A DNA stretch of 63,977 nucleotides, counting the filler, from Thelocarpon superellum (taxonomy: Eukaryota), in assembly GCA_026025795.1 (NCBI GenBank). It is 12 parts of 12 records of this genome, joined end to end, with 100 filler letters (N's around TTAATTAATTAA, not from the genome) between each part and the next. Parts side by side here need not be neighbours in the genome. Positions count along the whole stretch, not along the records: positions 11,112 to 16,529 come from JAPEUG010000713.1; positions 16,630 to 22,042 come from JAPEUG010000714.1; positions 22,143 to 27,507 come from JAPEUG010000715.1; 9 more parts are not named here. One strand, 5' to 3'. Shown here in pieces: positions 11,693 to 22,285 of the stretch. The position numbers and the translations under genes were made by a program. The notes below the pieces were generated by a model. That model searched no databases. It worked only from the letters and a program-made list of their open reading frames with translations, and was not told where the DNA came from. The stretch's first letter is position 1; each line of letters begins with the position of its first letter.

Positions 11693-13506
11693 CTAAAAGT
11701 CGCCATGGTAATGATCCAATGCGTCGAGAACCTTGGCGGGGTCTGGCAGCGGACCCATCCAGCTGCCTTCGGAGAGTCCGAGTTGATCGAGCGCCGCGCC
11801 CTTTTCGATTAGCTCTTTCGTGATGGGCTCGAGGTCGAGCTCAAGGTAGTCGCGCAGAAACTCGCCAACTTCGGTGTTCTCATGGTTTCCGCGGATTTTG
11901 GACGAGTTGCTCGTGCCGTAGATATTGACGTCCACGGCCGAATGGCCGTGCGTGCTCCATCCTAGCTGCGCTCGCCGACTGATCATGTCCGCGAAGAGAT
12001 AGGCGCTCTGTGATGGTTGGTCTACCAGCTTCTTGATCTCCGCTGCTGACGCGTCCGTGATGCCGAGCCCGTCTTGCACCAGCGTCTTGCGGATGAAGGC
12101 TTCGAGGTCGTCTGAGGTGGCGCGGCGTCGAGATGACAGGTGCTGGCGCAGAGATTGCGCCAGATTCTCCGCAGAGTGGGTGGCATTGGCGAGTGATCCC
12201 GGATACCAGAGATACTCGGGGTACGAGGAATGGAGCTCTGCAAGGACACATAGGTGAGTGGGGGGGTCAACAAAGGGCCGACAAGGATGATGAACGTACG
12301 TCGTGCCGCTGCTAATCCTCCCGTCTCGTGGTCACTCGTACTGATGACCATGCTCTCAACCTCCGAGTGGTCGACGAAATCCATCACACTGGCGAATGCC
12401 TTGTCGTAGGCCAGCACCTCATGTACTTGGGCTGCCGGATCGTTGCCATGGCCAGCGTGATCGATGCGGCTCCCTTCGATCATCAGAAAGAAGCCCTGCT
12501 CGCGGTTCTCCGTGGCCTTGGACAGCGCGGCGAGTGCGGTGCGGGCCATCTCATCCAACGATGGATAGACATCGTTGACGTGCTGGCGATCGATCTCGTA
12601 AGGGATGTCTGTCTCGGCGACCAGCCCAAGCAGCGGTAGGGTCACGGCGTCGCCCCCCTTCAAGGCATCGAATCCCGGCCGGTCATCGAGATAGGCGAAC
12701 CCGTTATTCTTGGCCATGGCGACAATGTCTTGATCGTCGGCCCGGCACGACCCGTCGGTGGTGTTGGGCAGGAAATGACAGCGGCCCCCTCCGAGGATCA
12801 GATCGACGACGCGACCGAGTGGCCCTTGGCCCACCTCCTGCTCGGCGATGCGGTCTTCTTCGCTGCGCATGTTCACGTGCGCGGCGAAGCAGGCGGGCGT
12901 GGCGTCGGTGATTCTCGTCGTCACCACCAGGCCCGTCATATACCCGGCCCGCTTGGCCGCTTCCAGCACCGTCCCGCAGGGCTGGTGATCCGGCAAGATG
13001 GAAATGGCACCATTGTAGGACTTGAAGCCACAAGAGAAGGCCGTCGCACCCGCCGCGGAGTCGGTAACGAGGGACGAGCTGGAACGGGTACGGGAGGAGC
13101 CGATGAGATGCTGGTCGAGAACGAGCACGTCGTCCGGGGCGGCGCCGTCCCGGAACTGCATGAAGGAGCGCGTCATAGATAGGCTGGTCGGCCCCATGCC
13201 GTCGGAGACCATGAAGATCAGATTTCGCTTGCCGGTCGGGAGGGCGGGGTCGGCGTCGGGACCATGTCGCCGGGCACCTTGATGGGTGTAGAGGACGGCA
13301 ATGATGACCACGGCAATGGTGGCAATCATGGCCCAGACAAAGAGCCCGACCTCGCGCCAGAATCCCACGCCAAATCGCTTGGGCTGGTCGAAGTTTCGGC
13401 CATTCGACCGGCCTGCGTTGAGAAGGTCATCCTCGTCGGCGCCGGCAAGATCGTCCGACTGTTCCGATGAGGGCCGCGACGAGGCAAGCAACGGCCGTTC
13501 CGACAT
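11693..13506 (-). CDS. PHO8: Repressible vacuolar-type alkaline phosphatase, 2 exons: 13506-12300, 12237-11693
   Basis: N-terminal TM anchor, NLIFMVSDGMG, VTDSAAGAT active-site Ser, EGSRIDHAGH, TSDHETGG, GWSTHGHSAVDV; intron 12238-12299 joins AAR-Q-LHSSYPEYLWYP. Confidence 0.96.
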
Positions 13507-13751
13507 GGCGATTGAGGTCCGATCCGGCGAACCCGACCAAGGCCCCTGTACCCAGGCCAGCCTTTCCGGAGAGGATGAAAGGAGCGGACGAGGTCGAGGG
13601 TGAGGATGAGGATGAAGACGAGGATGCGAGGACGATGGACCGTCGTCGATGTCTCCACGGCCGACGATCGCCTCCGTCGCCTGCTGACCGCGACCGGGCC
13701 CCGTTCGACTCATTTGACGTCGACGGCGATTAGCCTCCCTTAGCCGGGTGG

Positions 13752-13757
13752 CACGTG
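13752..13757. promoter_or_regulatory. CACGTG E-box about 250 bp upstream of PHO8 ATG; candidate Pho4/NUC-1/PalcA site
   Basis: Motif seen directly; CACGTG is the established PHO-regulon bHLH site; a single 6-mer may be chance. Confidence 0.4.
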
Positions 13758-13970
13758 TTTGCCGTTGATCGCTTGGTTGGCTTGGTGGCTTGCGTGAGCA
13801 AACAAGGACCTTCAGGTGACCTGTCCCAACTGTGCCACTTCTCCGCTGGCTACAACTGCTAAGGGTCTATGGTACAGACTGAGGCACACACTTGGACTTG
13901 TTCGCGCCCTCCAGCCTGCAACATTCTCCTAGCTATTCATATCTACATTGCGACTGATGTGCCGATCTGG

Positions 13971-14814
13971 TCATCGTCGCTCCCGCCAGCCAATCGGAAT
14001 CATAGCCGCCGCAACATTCCCAATGCCCCTCTCCGTTGCCAGGAGATTGAACTGGGCCGCAGCATTTCTCGTGTCTTGAATATCAATCGTGATGCCGAGC
14101 GAGTTGATGTAGGATCGTGTCGAAGGGGCGAGCGGATGGGTAGACGGTCCGAGTCCGAGGATGAGGAGATCTAAATGAGCACGTTAGATGAGCTTTCGAT
14201 CGTGATCGATCTGCGGGGAGTGGTACCCGGCTTGGGCCAGACCAGGTCCAAGACGCCCCAGGCCTCATCGGCACATTCCCATTGACCCTTGGCATTCAAC
14301 AGCCGTCCATCACGGCCCTCGAAGGGGCGCCAGCTAAAGGCCTCCCCGGCGACCAGCAGCACGCCGCTGCCCCCGACGACCTTCAGGCCGCTATCGAGGT
14401 GAAACCCATCGGACAGGCAGGCGTCAACGGCGGTCGCCGGGGCCGAAGCACCCCCCAAGACATCGAGCGTTCCAAAGTCGGTTTGTGTGTCTTCTTGCGA
14501 AGCGGGCCCCTAATTCGGGTGGGTCAACGACATGGAGCGGCACGGAGGACCAGGGCCCAACGAGAACGTACTCGGTCGTGCGATGTAGGCGGCGCCGACG
14601 CGCGGAGTGCCGGAGCAGGGGTGTGAAAAGACGACCGAGGTATTCCACCACCAACCGAACTGTGAGCAGTTTGAGAGATGTTAGAGCACCTTGCCGCCGG
14701 CCGGGCAGTACATCGCGAACGATGACATAGGTGGCGAAGACTCGACCACTCGCCACGGCCGGACCGGGTGGCCGCCGGCCATGACCGAGCGATTGGCGCA
14801 CGAGATGGTAGCAT
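13971..14814 (-). CDS. NDUFAF3: Complex I assembly factor NDUFAF3 (Mth938/DUF498), 3 exons: 14814-14572, 14509-14227, 14170-13971
   Basis: Arg-rich presequence; SHDR|GPASQEDTQTDFGTLDVLG; WPKP|DLLILGLG...IDIQDTRNAAAQFNLLATER motif; canonical introns. Confidence 0.9.
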
Positions 14815-15132
14815 TGTGTCGAGGAGGTATCTTGCTCATGTTGCAACCATGGTCGATATCGATGTCAAATTGCCATGGTTCACGATCCCATCAGGCTCTC
14901 GGAGAGGCATAACCAACTATCGTCACTCGTAGTACTTCGTACCACGAAAGCGACCATTTACACTTTGTTGCTAGAGGCTCGGGAAGAGTTGCCGCTCAGC
15001 ACTTTTGGCCCTGAGCCAACCATCGGGTTTAACGGACGGCACGTCGGCATCCATTGGAACTTCGCACTTAATCACAGGATAGGTAGGACGAGTGCGTAGC
15101 TCCACTCTCCCCTCGTAGCTGCCAGAGTCCTG

Positions 15133-15786
15133 ATGGCAGAATACCTCGAAGCAGGCCTAGGCTGGCTCTTGAGCAGTCTCAGGGCTCGTGACGATAAGCT
15201 CTTCATCAAAGGCGAGGCTTTCGCCGACCACCCCGAACCCACCCTGATCGTCAACTCCCCCGAGTGCGGTGCATCGAACTCGGCGCTGAGCCTACGCCAT
15301 GCTCAACTAGGGCCCAGTCAGTTCCCCCACCTCGCTTGGCACACGGATGCCGCCACACCATCCATTAAGGAGTACCTCTTGATCGTCGAGGACCCTGACG
15401 CACCGCTCCCGACCCCCGTTACCCACGGCCTGTACTACGCCATCCCCGCCAGCGTCACGCACGTCACCAACGAAGACTTCCAACTAGTGTCCGAGGAGTC
15501 CGGAGACCACTCGCTCTACGGCGGGTTCAAGTTTGGGCAGAATCGGCGTGGGACGGTCTATTCTGGGCCACGACCGGTCATGGGCCACGGTCCACATCGG
15601 TATTGGTTCGAGGTGATTGGGCTGAAAGAGCCCGTCGATCTGGCCGCCTTGAGTCCCAAGGCTACCAAAGAGGAGCTGGCCCGCGAGATCACAGGGAAAG
15701 TGAGGGGGTGGGGGGTCTGGATTGGCATGTATGAGCGGAAACGGGGCGAGACTCCGACGGAGGGCGCCTCCAGCACGTCGACATGA
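15133..15786 (+). CDS. PEBP/YbhB-YbcL-like protein (intronless)
   Basis: LIVEDPDAP, H, YSGPRP..GHGPHRYWF motifs of the PEBP fold. Confidence 0.9.
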   Translation: MAEYLEAGLGWLLSSLRARDDKLFIKGEAFADHPEPTLIVNSPECGASNSALSLRHAQLGPSQFPHLAWHTDAATPSIKEYLLIVEDPDAPLPTPVTHGLYYAIPASVTHVTNEDFQLVSEESGDHSLYGGFKFGQNRRGTVYSGPRPVMGHGPHRYWFEVIGLKEPVDLAALSPKATKEELAREITGKVRGWGVWIGMYERKRGETPTEGASSTST

Positions 15787-15960
15787 GCCTCGTAGTGGTC
15801 ATTATCGCCACGGCACGTGGAGATCAGCAATCACGTCTGAGAGGCCATGACATGCCAGGCGTTTAGGAGCTTGTTTTATTGAATGGGGAGCCTGATGGGC
15901 CGCCGGAGGAGGTGAACGTAGAGACATGCATGACACCGAATGAGACCCTCTCCGAGCTGA

Positions 15961-16492
15961 TCATCGCTTCTTCTGTTGCGACTCCTTCAGCACCTACCAC
16001 ACCGATCACCGTCAGTAGGTGTATCCACGCACCCTGTCGAGGTATGGGGAGTCGCGCCGTGGGCAGAATCACTCACCTTCTTCACGATCTTCTGCTCTTC
16101 AATCAAGAATGCTCGCACCACCCGATCCTTGACACAATTCGCGCATCTTGATCCACCATACGCCCGCTGCACCGTCTTGTTGGGCTTCGAGATCTGCGAG
16201 TACTCTCGCGGGCGGAGCGCGGGGACCTGTAGAGTTCAACAGGTCAGCGTCCGCTCCACCCAATGCACCTTGATATTCAGCTCGCAAGTGCCATCGATCC
16301 CACCGCCCGGAAAGATGATTCCCTCGCCATGTGCATCTTGCCAAGTCTGAAAGAGAGAGGCGACTCACTCCCGGAAGCTTGATGCCGCAATCGCCGCATT
16401 TGGGCGCGGTGCCCTTCTTCTTGATGTGGAGGTACCGGAGCGCGCCACCAGGTGTCTTGATCACTCGGACTTTGTTCGAGCGTGTGTTGTAC
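15961..16492 (-). CDS. RPL34: 60S ribosomal protein eL34, last three exons (first exon lost at contig end)
   Basis: [16 protein letters not shown]...[21 protein letters not shown]...[40 protein letters not shown]. Confidence 0.96.
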
Positions 16493-16529
16493 CTGCACGA
16501 CGAATCGTTCAGCGGAAGGTCCAGGATGG

Positions 16530-16629
16530 NNNNNNNNNNNNNNNNNNNNNNNNNNNNNNNNNNNNNNNNNNNNTTAATTAATTAANNNNNNNNNNNNNNN
16601 NNNNNNNNNNNNNNNNNNNNNNNNNNNNN
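16530..16629. other. Artificial contig spacer
   Basis: N44-TTAATTAATTAA-N44. Confidence 0.99.
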
Positions 16630-16657
16630 GGACTGTACATCCATACCGCCCCGCATC

Positions 16658-18861
16658 ATGGCCTCGGTCAGCTCCTTGGATCGCGACCTGCGCAAGATGC
16701 GTCTGTCCAAATATTCGCCACAGGCGGCCGCGGAAATGCGAGAATGGATCGAAGAGTCGCTGGGCGAGTCGCTGGCGCCAGGAGATCTACTGGACGCGTT
16801 AAAAGATGGCGTGGCGCTGTGCAAGTAGGCCACCTCCACGGTGCCCCTCCGTACTCCCCGCACCATGGTGCTGACCCCGGACCTAGGCTCATCAACCTGG
16901 CCGTGTCTCCGGGGGTCCGATACAAATCGTCCTCGATGCCCTTCGTTCAGATGGAGAATATCTCGCACTTTCTGCGCGCCTGCCAGCAGCCACCGTTGGG
17001 CCTACCCCCGCACGACGTGTTCTTGACCGTCGACCTCTACGAAACCAAGGATCCGGCCCAAGTGCTCCAGTGCCTCGGCGCGTTTAGCCGACGAGCAAAC
17101 GCCATCAATCCGTCGGCCTTCAAGCGGAGCATCGGACCCAGGAGTCGCGCCAGTGCGACCAGCCCACATCGATCCGACGACGGGCGCAGCCCGCCGGGTA
17201 GCGAGAGCCGCAGCCGGGGCTTCTCGAGCGCCAGCCAGAGCAGCAGCTCGACCTTCAACCCCATCTCACGTCCAGTTACGGGCGATTCCGCCTCGAGCCC
17301 GGTTGGAAGCTCGGCCAGTCCCAAGTCGCGCGTCAATGGGGGCACCACCCCGGTGAAGCCCAAGGGCCCCCTGAGCAGCTGGAGCAAGAAGAGCGACGAG
17401 GGCGCCACCATCCCGGCGTGGAACATCCATCAATATGGATACATGGGAGGTGCGAGTCAGGGCAATCAGGGCATCGCCTTTGGCGCACGGCGGCAGATCA
17501 CCACGCCCGGACCCAACGTTCCGTCGATGGCGGATCGGGAGCGAAAGCGACGGGAAGAGCTCGCGGAACAGGAGCGTCTACGCGCCGAGGCCGAAGCCGT
17601 CGAACGTCTTCGCAAGGCTGAACAGGAGGCGGAGGAAGAGCGGGCGCGGTTCGCCGAAGCCCAGCGTTGGGAGGAAGAGACGACGAGGCAACGCGAAAAG
17701 GAGCGGCTGGAGGCGGAGGAGGAGAAGCGGCGATGGGAGGCGGAAGAACGAAGGTGGAAGGAGGAGGAGCAACGGCGATTACAAGAGGAGCAAGAGGCCA
17801 AAGAAAGGCTGGCCAAAGAGCAGGCAGCTAAGGCAAGCGTGGCCGAGGCCACCCAGATTGCCTCGGAGCGTGACCGCGTGCGCGAACTGGAGTTGGAGCT
17901 GGAACGGGCCAAGGAGCGAGAGCGACAATACGAACGCGAACGCCAGGAGCGCATCGTTGCCGACCGCGGACGGGAGCACGCGTGGCTTGAAGACCATGAC
18001 CTCAATGCGCGAAGAAAAGAGGAGGAACATCGATCTCACTCTCGCGATCGCTCCCGGCCGGGCGCATCACCACATGCCACCTCGGAACATGGATGGCGCG
18101 AGAAGCAGCGAGACTACATCCGACGTGAGTGGGACAAACATCACCACCAACCATTTAGCGCCACCTCTCCCGATCCGTTTGATGGTCTCGGCGGAGCACC
18201 CGCATCCCCCTCCCGTCTGACCGAGTCGGTCCAAGATCCCCCACATGCCGATGGCTATGATCCGCCGCATAAGGCACCACTGCAGGAGACGCGGCGGACG
18301 CCATCACCACATAAAGGCGAACCTCGCTACGGCCCTCGGCCGCTACCGGAGCCGACGGCAAAGACGGCCTCGCCCATGGTCTCACCTACCGCTGCTGCGC
18401 CGTCGCCACGGCCGCTCCCGGATCCTGCTACGTACGCGCCGGGCTCTAACCGGATGGACCGCTTCCTCGCAACTAATGCCCCGCCGGCCGTGGACCGTCC
18501 GAGCACCCATACGTCTAACGAATTTGGCTTCGACTCCGCCGCCGAGCGTCACGCGGAGGATGCACGACGAGAAGCGTCGCGGGCCAAGACGCAAGCTGGG
18601 GGGTGGGCCTCCAAGTCTCTCCTCGAGCGCGAAATGGAGCGTGAACGTCAACGGCAGCAGGAGTGGGAGGAGTCACAAAAGGTTACGGAGAGCGCGGCCC
18701 GAAGCGGGGTCGGCCAAGGACGGCCCGAAGGGAGGGTGGGTGAGGGCGGGAGCTGGGACGTCAACCAATATGGCTGGACGGGGGGCGACAACCAGAACCG
18801 GGGCGGCGTCGGCCTAGGTGGGCGGCGGCCCATCATCGGGCCACGACCACCGCCGCAGTGA
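16658..18861 (+). CDS. Calponin-homology (Scp1/transgelin-like) protein with long charged and Pro-rich extension; exons 16658-16824, 16887-18861
   Basis: MASVSSLDRDL..EWIEESLG..LLDALKDGVALCK|LINL..PFVQMENISHFL..VFLTVDLYE CH domain; QYGYMGGASQG calponin-like repeat. Confidence 0.9.
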
Positions 18862-19216
18862 CCGAGCTTGCTCTCTGGTCGCTCGGGTGATCGGCCCACT
18901 CTCTTTGACGTAGCAACATATTACTTCATGGGTCACGCCCTTGTCCTGAATGTTATTCATGGAGGCCGAGGGCAACCGGGGCTACTGGGGATCGGCGTAA
19001 ACGTAGCACGTGACCGTGCTCTCGCTCCTCGATTCGTGATTCGTCGACGCGACCGTCGTGCAAGCGAAGGTGAGATGTGGAAAGACGAGAAGACTGCAAG
19101 AAGTCCTGCCATCAAGCTCGTCCCTCTCCAGCATCACCAGTCCCCGCCCGAACGAGGCCTAGGGTAGCCCGTCGACTGAGTCTGCTACTTTTGCCATTCT
19201 GTCGCGTCGGATCACG

Positions 19217-20119
19217 ATGATGGCGCTTGGATCGCAGGCGACGTCGTGGTCGAGCTTTCTCCTCTTCCTCGTCCTCATTGTCCTTCCCCTGACCTCCGCG
19301 CTCAAATTCGACCTACAAGCCTACCCACATGGACATAACAAGAAAGAACGATGTATCCGGAACTTCGTCGCCAAAGACACCTTGGTCGTCGTCACTGCGA
19401 CCGTCAGTGGTTCTCGCGGTGACGGGCAACAAGTCAACATGCACGTGAGTAACTCCGACCGCCTGCACTGCCATCATTGTACCGATGGCGATGGTGGTGG
19501 CAGCAGCGGCCGACACTCTCGATACTGATGCGTCTGTTGCCCCCATCAGATCAAAGATGCGGTGGGCAATGAGTACGGTCGGCCACGAGACGTGGCGGGC
19601 GAGCAACGAATGGCCTTTACCTCGCACGCCGACTCGGCATTTGACGTGTGCTTTGAGAATGTCCTGAACGGCCGTACGTCTGCACGATGTCGCCGTACAT
19701 CGGACCTCCCCGTCACGCTCATCCTACTGACTGACGGCAGGTGACGCCATGTTGAATCCGTCGCGACACATCGAGCTCGACATTGACATTGGCGCCGACG
19801 CACGAGACTGGTCCGCCATCCAAGCCGCCGAGAAGCTCAAGCCGGTCGAGACGGAGCTGCGGCGCATCGAAGAGATGGTGGCGGAGATTGTGTCGGAGAT
19901 GGAGTATCTCCGCACGCGCGAGCAGAAGCTCCGGGACACCAATGAGAGCACTAACGAGCGCGTCAAGTGGTTTGCCTTTGGCACCATGGGCATGTTGATT
20001 GGATTAGGCGTCTGGCAGGTCATCTATCTGCGAGCGTATTTCCGGTATGTCAAGCTTCCGCTGTCGCCTCATGCACGCCAATGAACTGACTCTGTCCCAG
20101 CTCGAAACATCTCATCTGA
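19217..20119 (+). CDS. ERV25: p24/GOLD cargo receptor Erv25, 4 exons: 19217-19444, 19550-19673, 19741-20044, 20101-20119
   Basis: Signal peptide, [52 protein letters not shown] tail. Confidence 0.95.
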
Positions 20120-20445
20120 TGATGGATCCCGAAAAGTGCCCCTTGTGAGCCCGGAGCCAGCTCTGGTCTTTCTCCACCCAACATGCATAGCCAACTTCTC
20201 ATGTACTATATCATCGTGTATCTATGTGTCTCAATTAGCAGCCTTTCCTGAACTCTCCTGCTCTTCTGCTCTTCTGGTACTTGACCAGCGAAGAGTGGAA
20301 GAGGCGAATTACGTAATCTACCTGTTCTAGTCGTTGACCTTTCCGTATGATGTCAGTGTCGGCAACCATTCAGCAGTGCCATCAACTGGCACGGGGAACC
20401 TCTCGACGATACTTCATGGTGAGTTGCTGCGGTGAACGTGATATA

Positions 20446-21536
20446 ATGGCCTCGCTACGCATCCCTCTTCGTTCTTTCCGGCCTGCATTGGGCCTCTCTT
20501 CCCAGCGCGCCTTCGCGACCCTATTCCCCCGCCTCCAACGAGATCGAGAGGGCGAAGGAGAGGGGCCGGAGGGAGGGCGAGGACGAGAACATCCCACACA
20601 GCCCGCCCACCGCGAGAAACAGACCTCCAAACCGCTGAACCCGCACATGACCAACACGACGTCGACGATAGCGAATGATATGCCATCCGTCGATGCCAAC
20701 CATGCCCCACCTGAGCTCTTGACCTCCGTCAATCCGGACTTCGTTCCCACGGATTCACATCCGGAGAAGACGAAGCGTATGACGGGTGAGACGCAGCATG
20801 GTGCACCCGACCAGAATGTGGACGGAGAGATGGGAGTAGGCGAGATGGAAGGCGCCAAGTTCAAGGTGGAGCCTTTGCGGAGAACCGGCGAAGACGCCAA
20901 CACCATGCGTGCCAGATTGTTATGTTCGTCAATGCCCATGATGATCGTATTGACAGGGTCACCTGGTCTCGCATCGCTATGGGTATGGATGCTGACGTGC
21001 GCACAACAGACCAGAGTCGCAAGAGAGGCACGCTGGAGAGCGACTTACTCCTCTCGACCTTTGCTGATGCAAATCTGCCCAAGATGACCACGGCGCAGCT
21101 CGCGCAATACGATTTGTTCCTCGACGAGAATGACTGGGATATCTACTATTGGGCAACGCAAGAACCGACGCCTACGTCTCGTGAGACGGCGGAGGGGAGT
21201 GGAGCCGAGTTTTCGACGCCGTCGGCCCAAGGGAAGGCTCCCGCTCCCGCCACCGCCGCACCCGAGACCGACGCCTGGCGTCAGGGTAAGCCGCGGAGCG
21301 GAGAATGGGCGCAGACGGTGGGAACGTTCAAGCCGGCGTACAGGCCGGTGCCGGCCCGATGGCGGAACTCGGAGGTCTTGAGCATGCTGCGAAAACACGT
21401 CATGGCCAAGTCAGCCGGAGGCATCCACGAGGAGGTCCACGTGGAGAGTGAAGGTGAAGGCCTCACCCGCAGCATTCAAGGCACGGGAGGGGGTGGACTA
21501 GGGAGAATGCCAGAGGTGAAGAACTTTGATGTGTAG
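20446..21536 (+). CDS. SDH5: Succinate dehydrogenase assembly factor 2 (Sdh5/Emi5); exons 20446-20923, 21010-21536
   Basis: Presequence; [25 protein letters not shown]...[14 protein letters not shown]. Confidence 0.94.
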
Positions 21537-21689
21537 GTCGATACAATGTATGTCATGATCGGCCTTGGCCTGGACGTAACCTGCTCGGGCCGCTCTACTT
21601 TCACCCGGGTATGTTGACTGACGCTTTAAACTGAGCCATCCGCCTGTAACGCCATTCCAGTTCAACATCATGCAGATGGTTCCCAAGCC

Positions 21690-22042
21690 TCACAGCGCGG
21701 CAGCAGCTCCCACGATCCCCGCCGCCTGAAAAGCCTTTTTGTTGGTATAGAAGACCTCGACCGGGTAGCACCATTGCATCCACTTCGCCCACCCTGCATC
21801 GCCGGAGCCGTTAGCCTCTGGCATTTCAAATTTCCCCATTTCGCGGATACCACCTCCTATTCCGGAGAAGAGGAGCTGGTGGCACGATAATCAACAAACT
21901 CCGGCTCCTAACACATACCCCAATACGCACACTTCCTTCCAAAGTATCGACCCAGGTAGGGCACCAAGACCATCGTTAAGAGCAGCTCGAGCTGTTGGAG
22001 ACTCTCATTCCACTGTCGCTCGGCGTCCGACTCGTCCACGGC
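21690..22042 (-). CDS. MIM2: Mitochondrial outer-membrane import protein Mim2-like (5' truncated); exons 22042-21919, 21793-21690; absent from ORF track
   Basis: Spliced product ...ESDAERQWNESLQQLELLLTMVLVPYLGRYFGRKCAYW|GWAKWMQWCYPVEV...*; GTATGT donor, GCTAAC branch, CAG acceptor. Confidence 0.85.
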
Positions 22043-22142
22043 NNNNNNNNNNNNNNNNNNNNNNNNNNNNNNNNNNNNNNNNNNNNTTAATTAATTAANN
22101 NNNNNNNNNNNNNNNNNNNNNNNNNNNNNNNNNNNNNNNNNN
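22043..22142. other. Artificial contig spacer (followed by poly-C to 22171)
   Basis: N44-TTAATTAATTAA-N44. Confidence 0.99.
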
Positions 22143-22285
22143 CCCCACCCCCCCCCCCCCCCCCCCCCCCCTCCGGGTAGAGAGCGGTTCAAAAGATGTG
22201 AAAATCCAAAAGGCATGAGGCCTAGAACACATCGTCGCAGCATCAAGAACCGATACCGGCGCATCTGTACTCCGGCATCTATAGC

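Noticed and set aside
21760..21850. U1 snRNA-like words (CCATTGCA, ATTTCCCCA)
   Set aside because: No ACTTACC 5' end or Sm site; region is explained by the MIM2 exon and intron on the minus strand.
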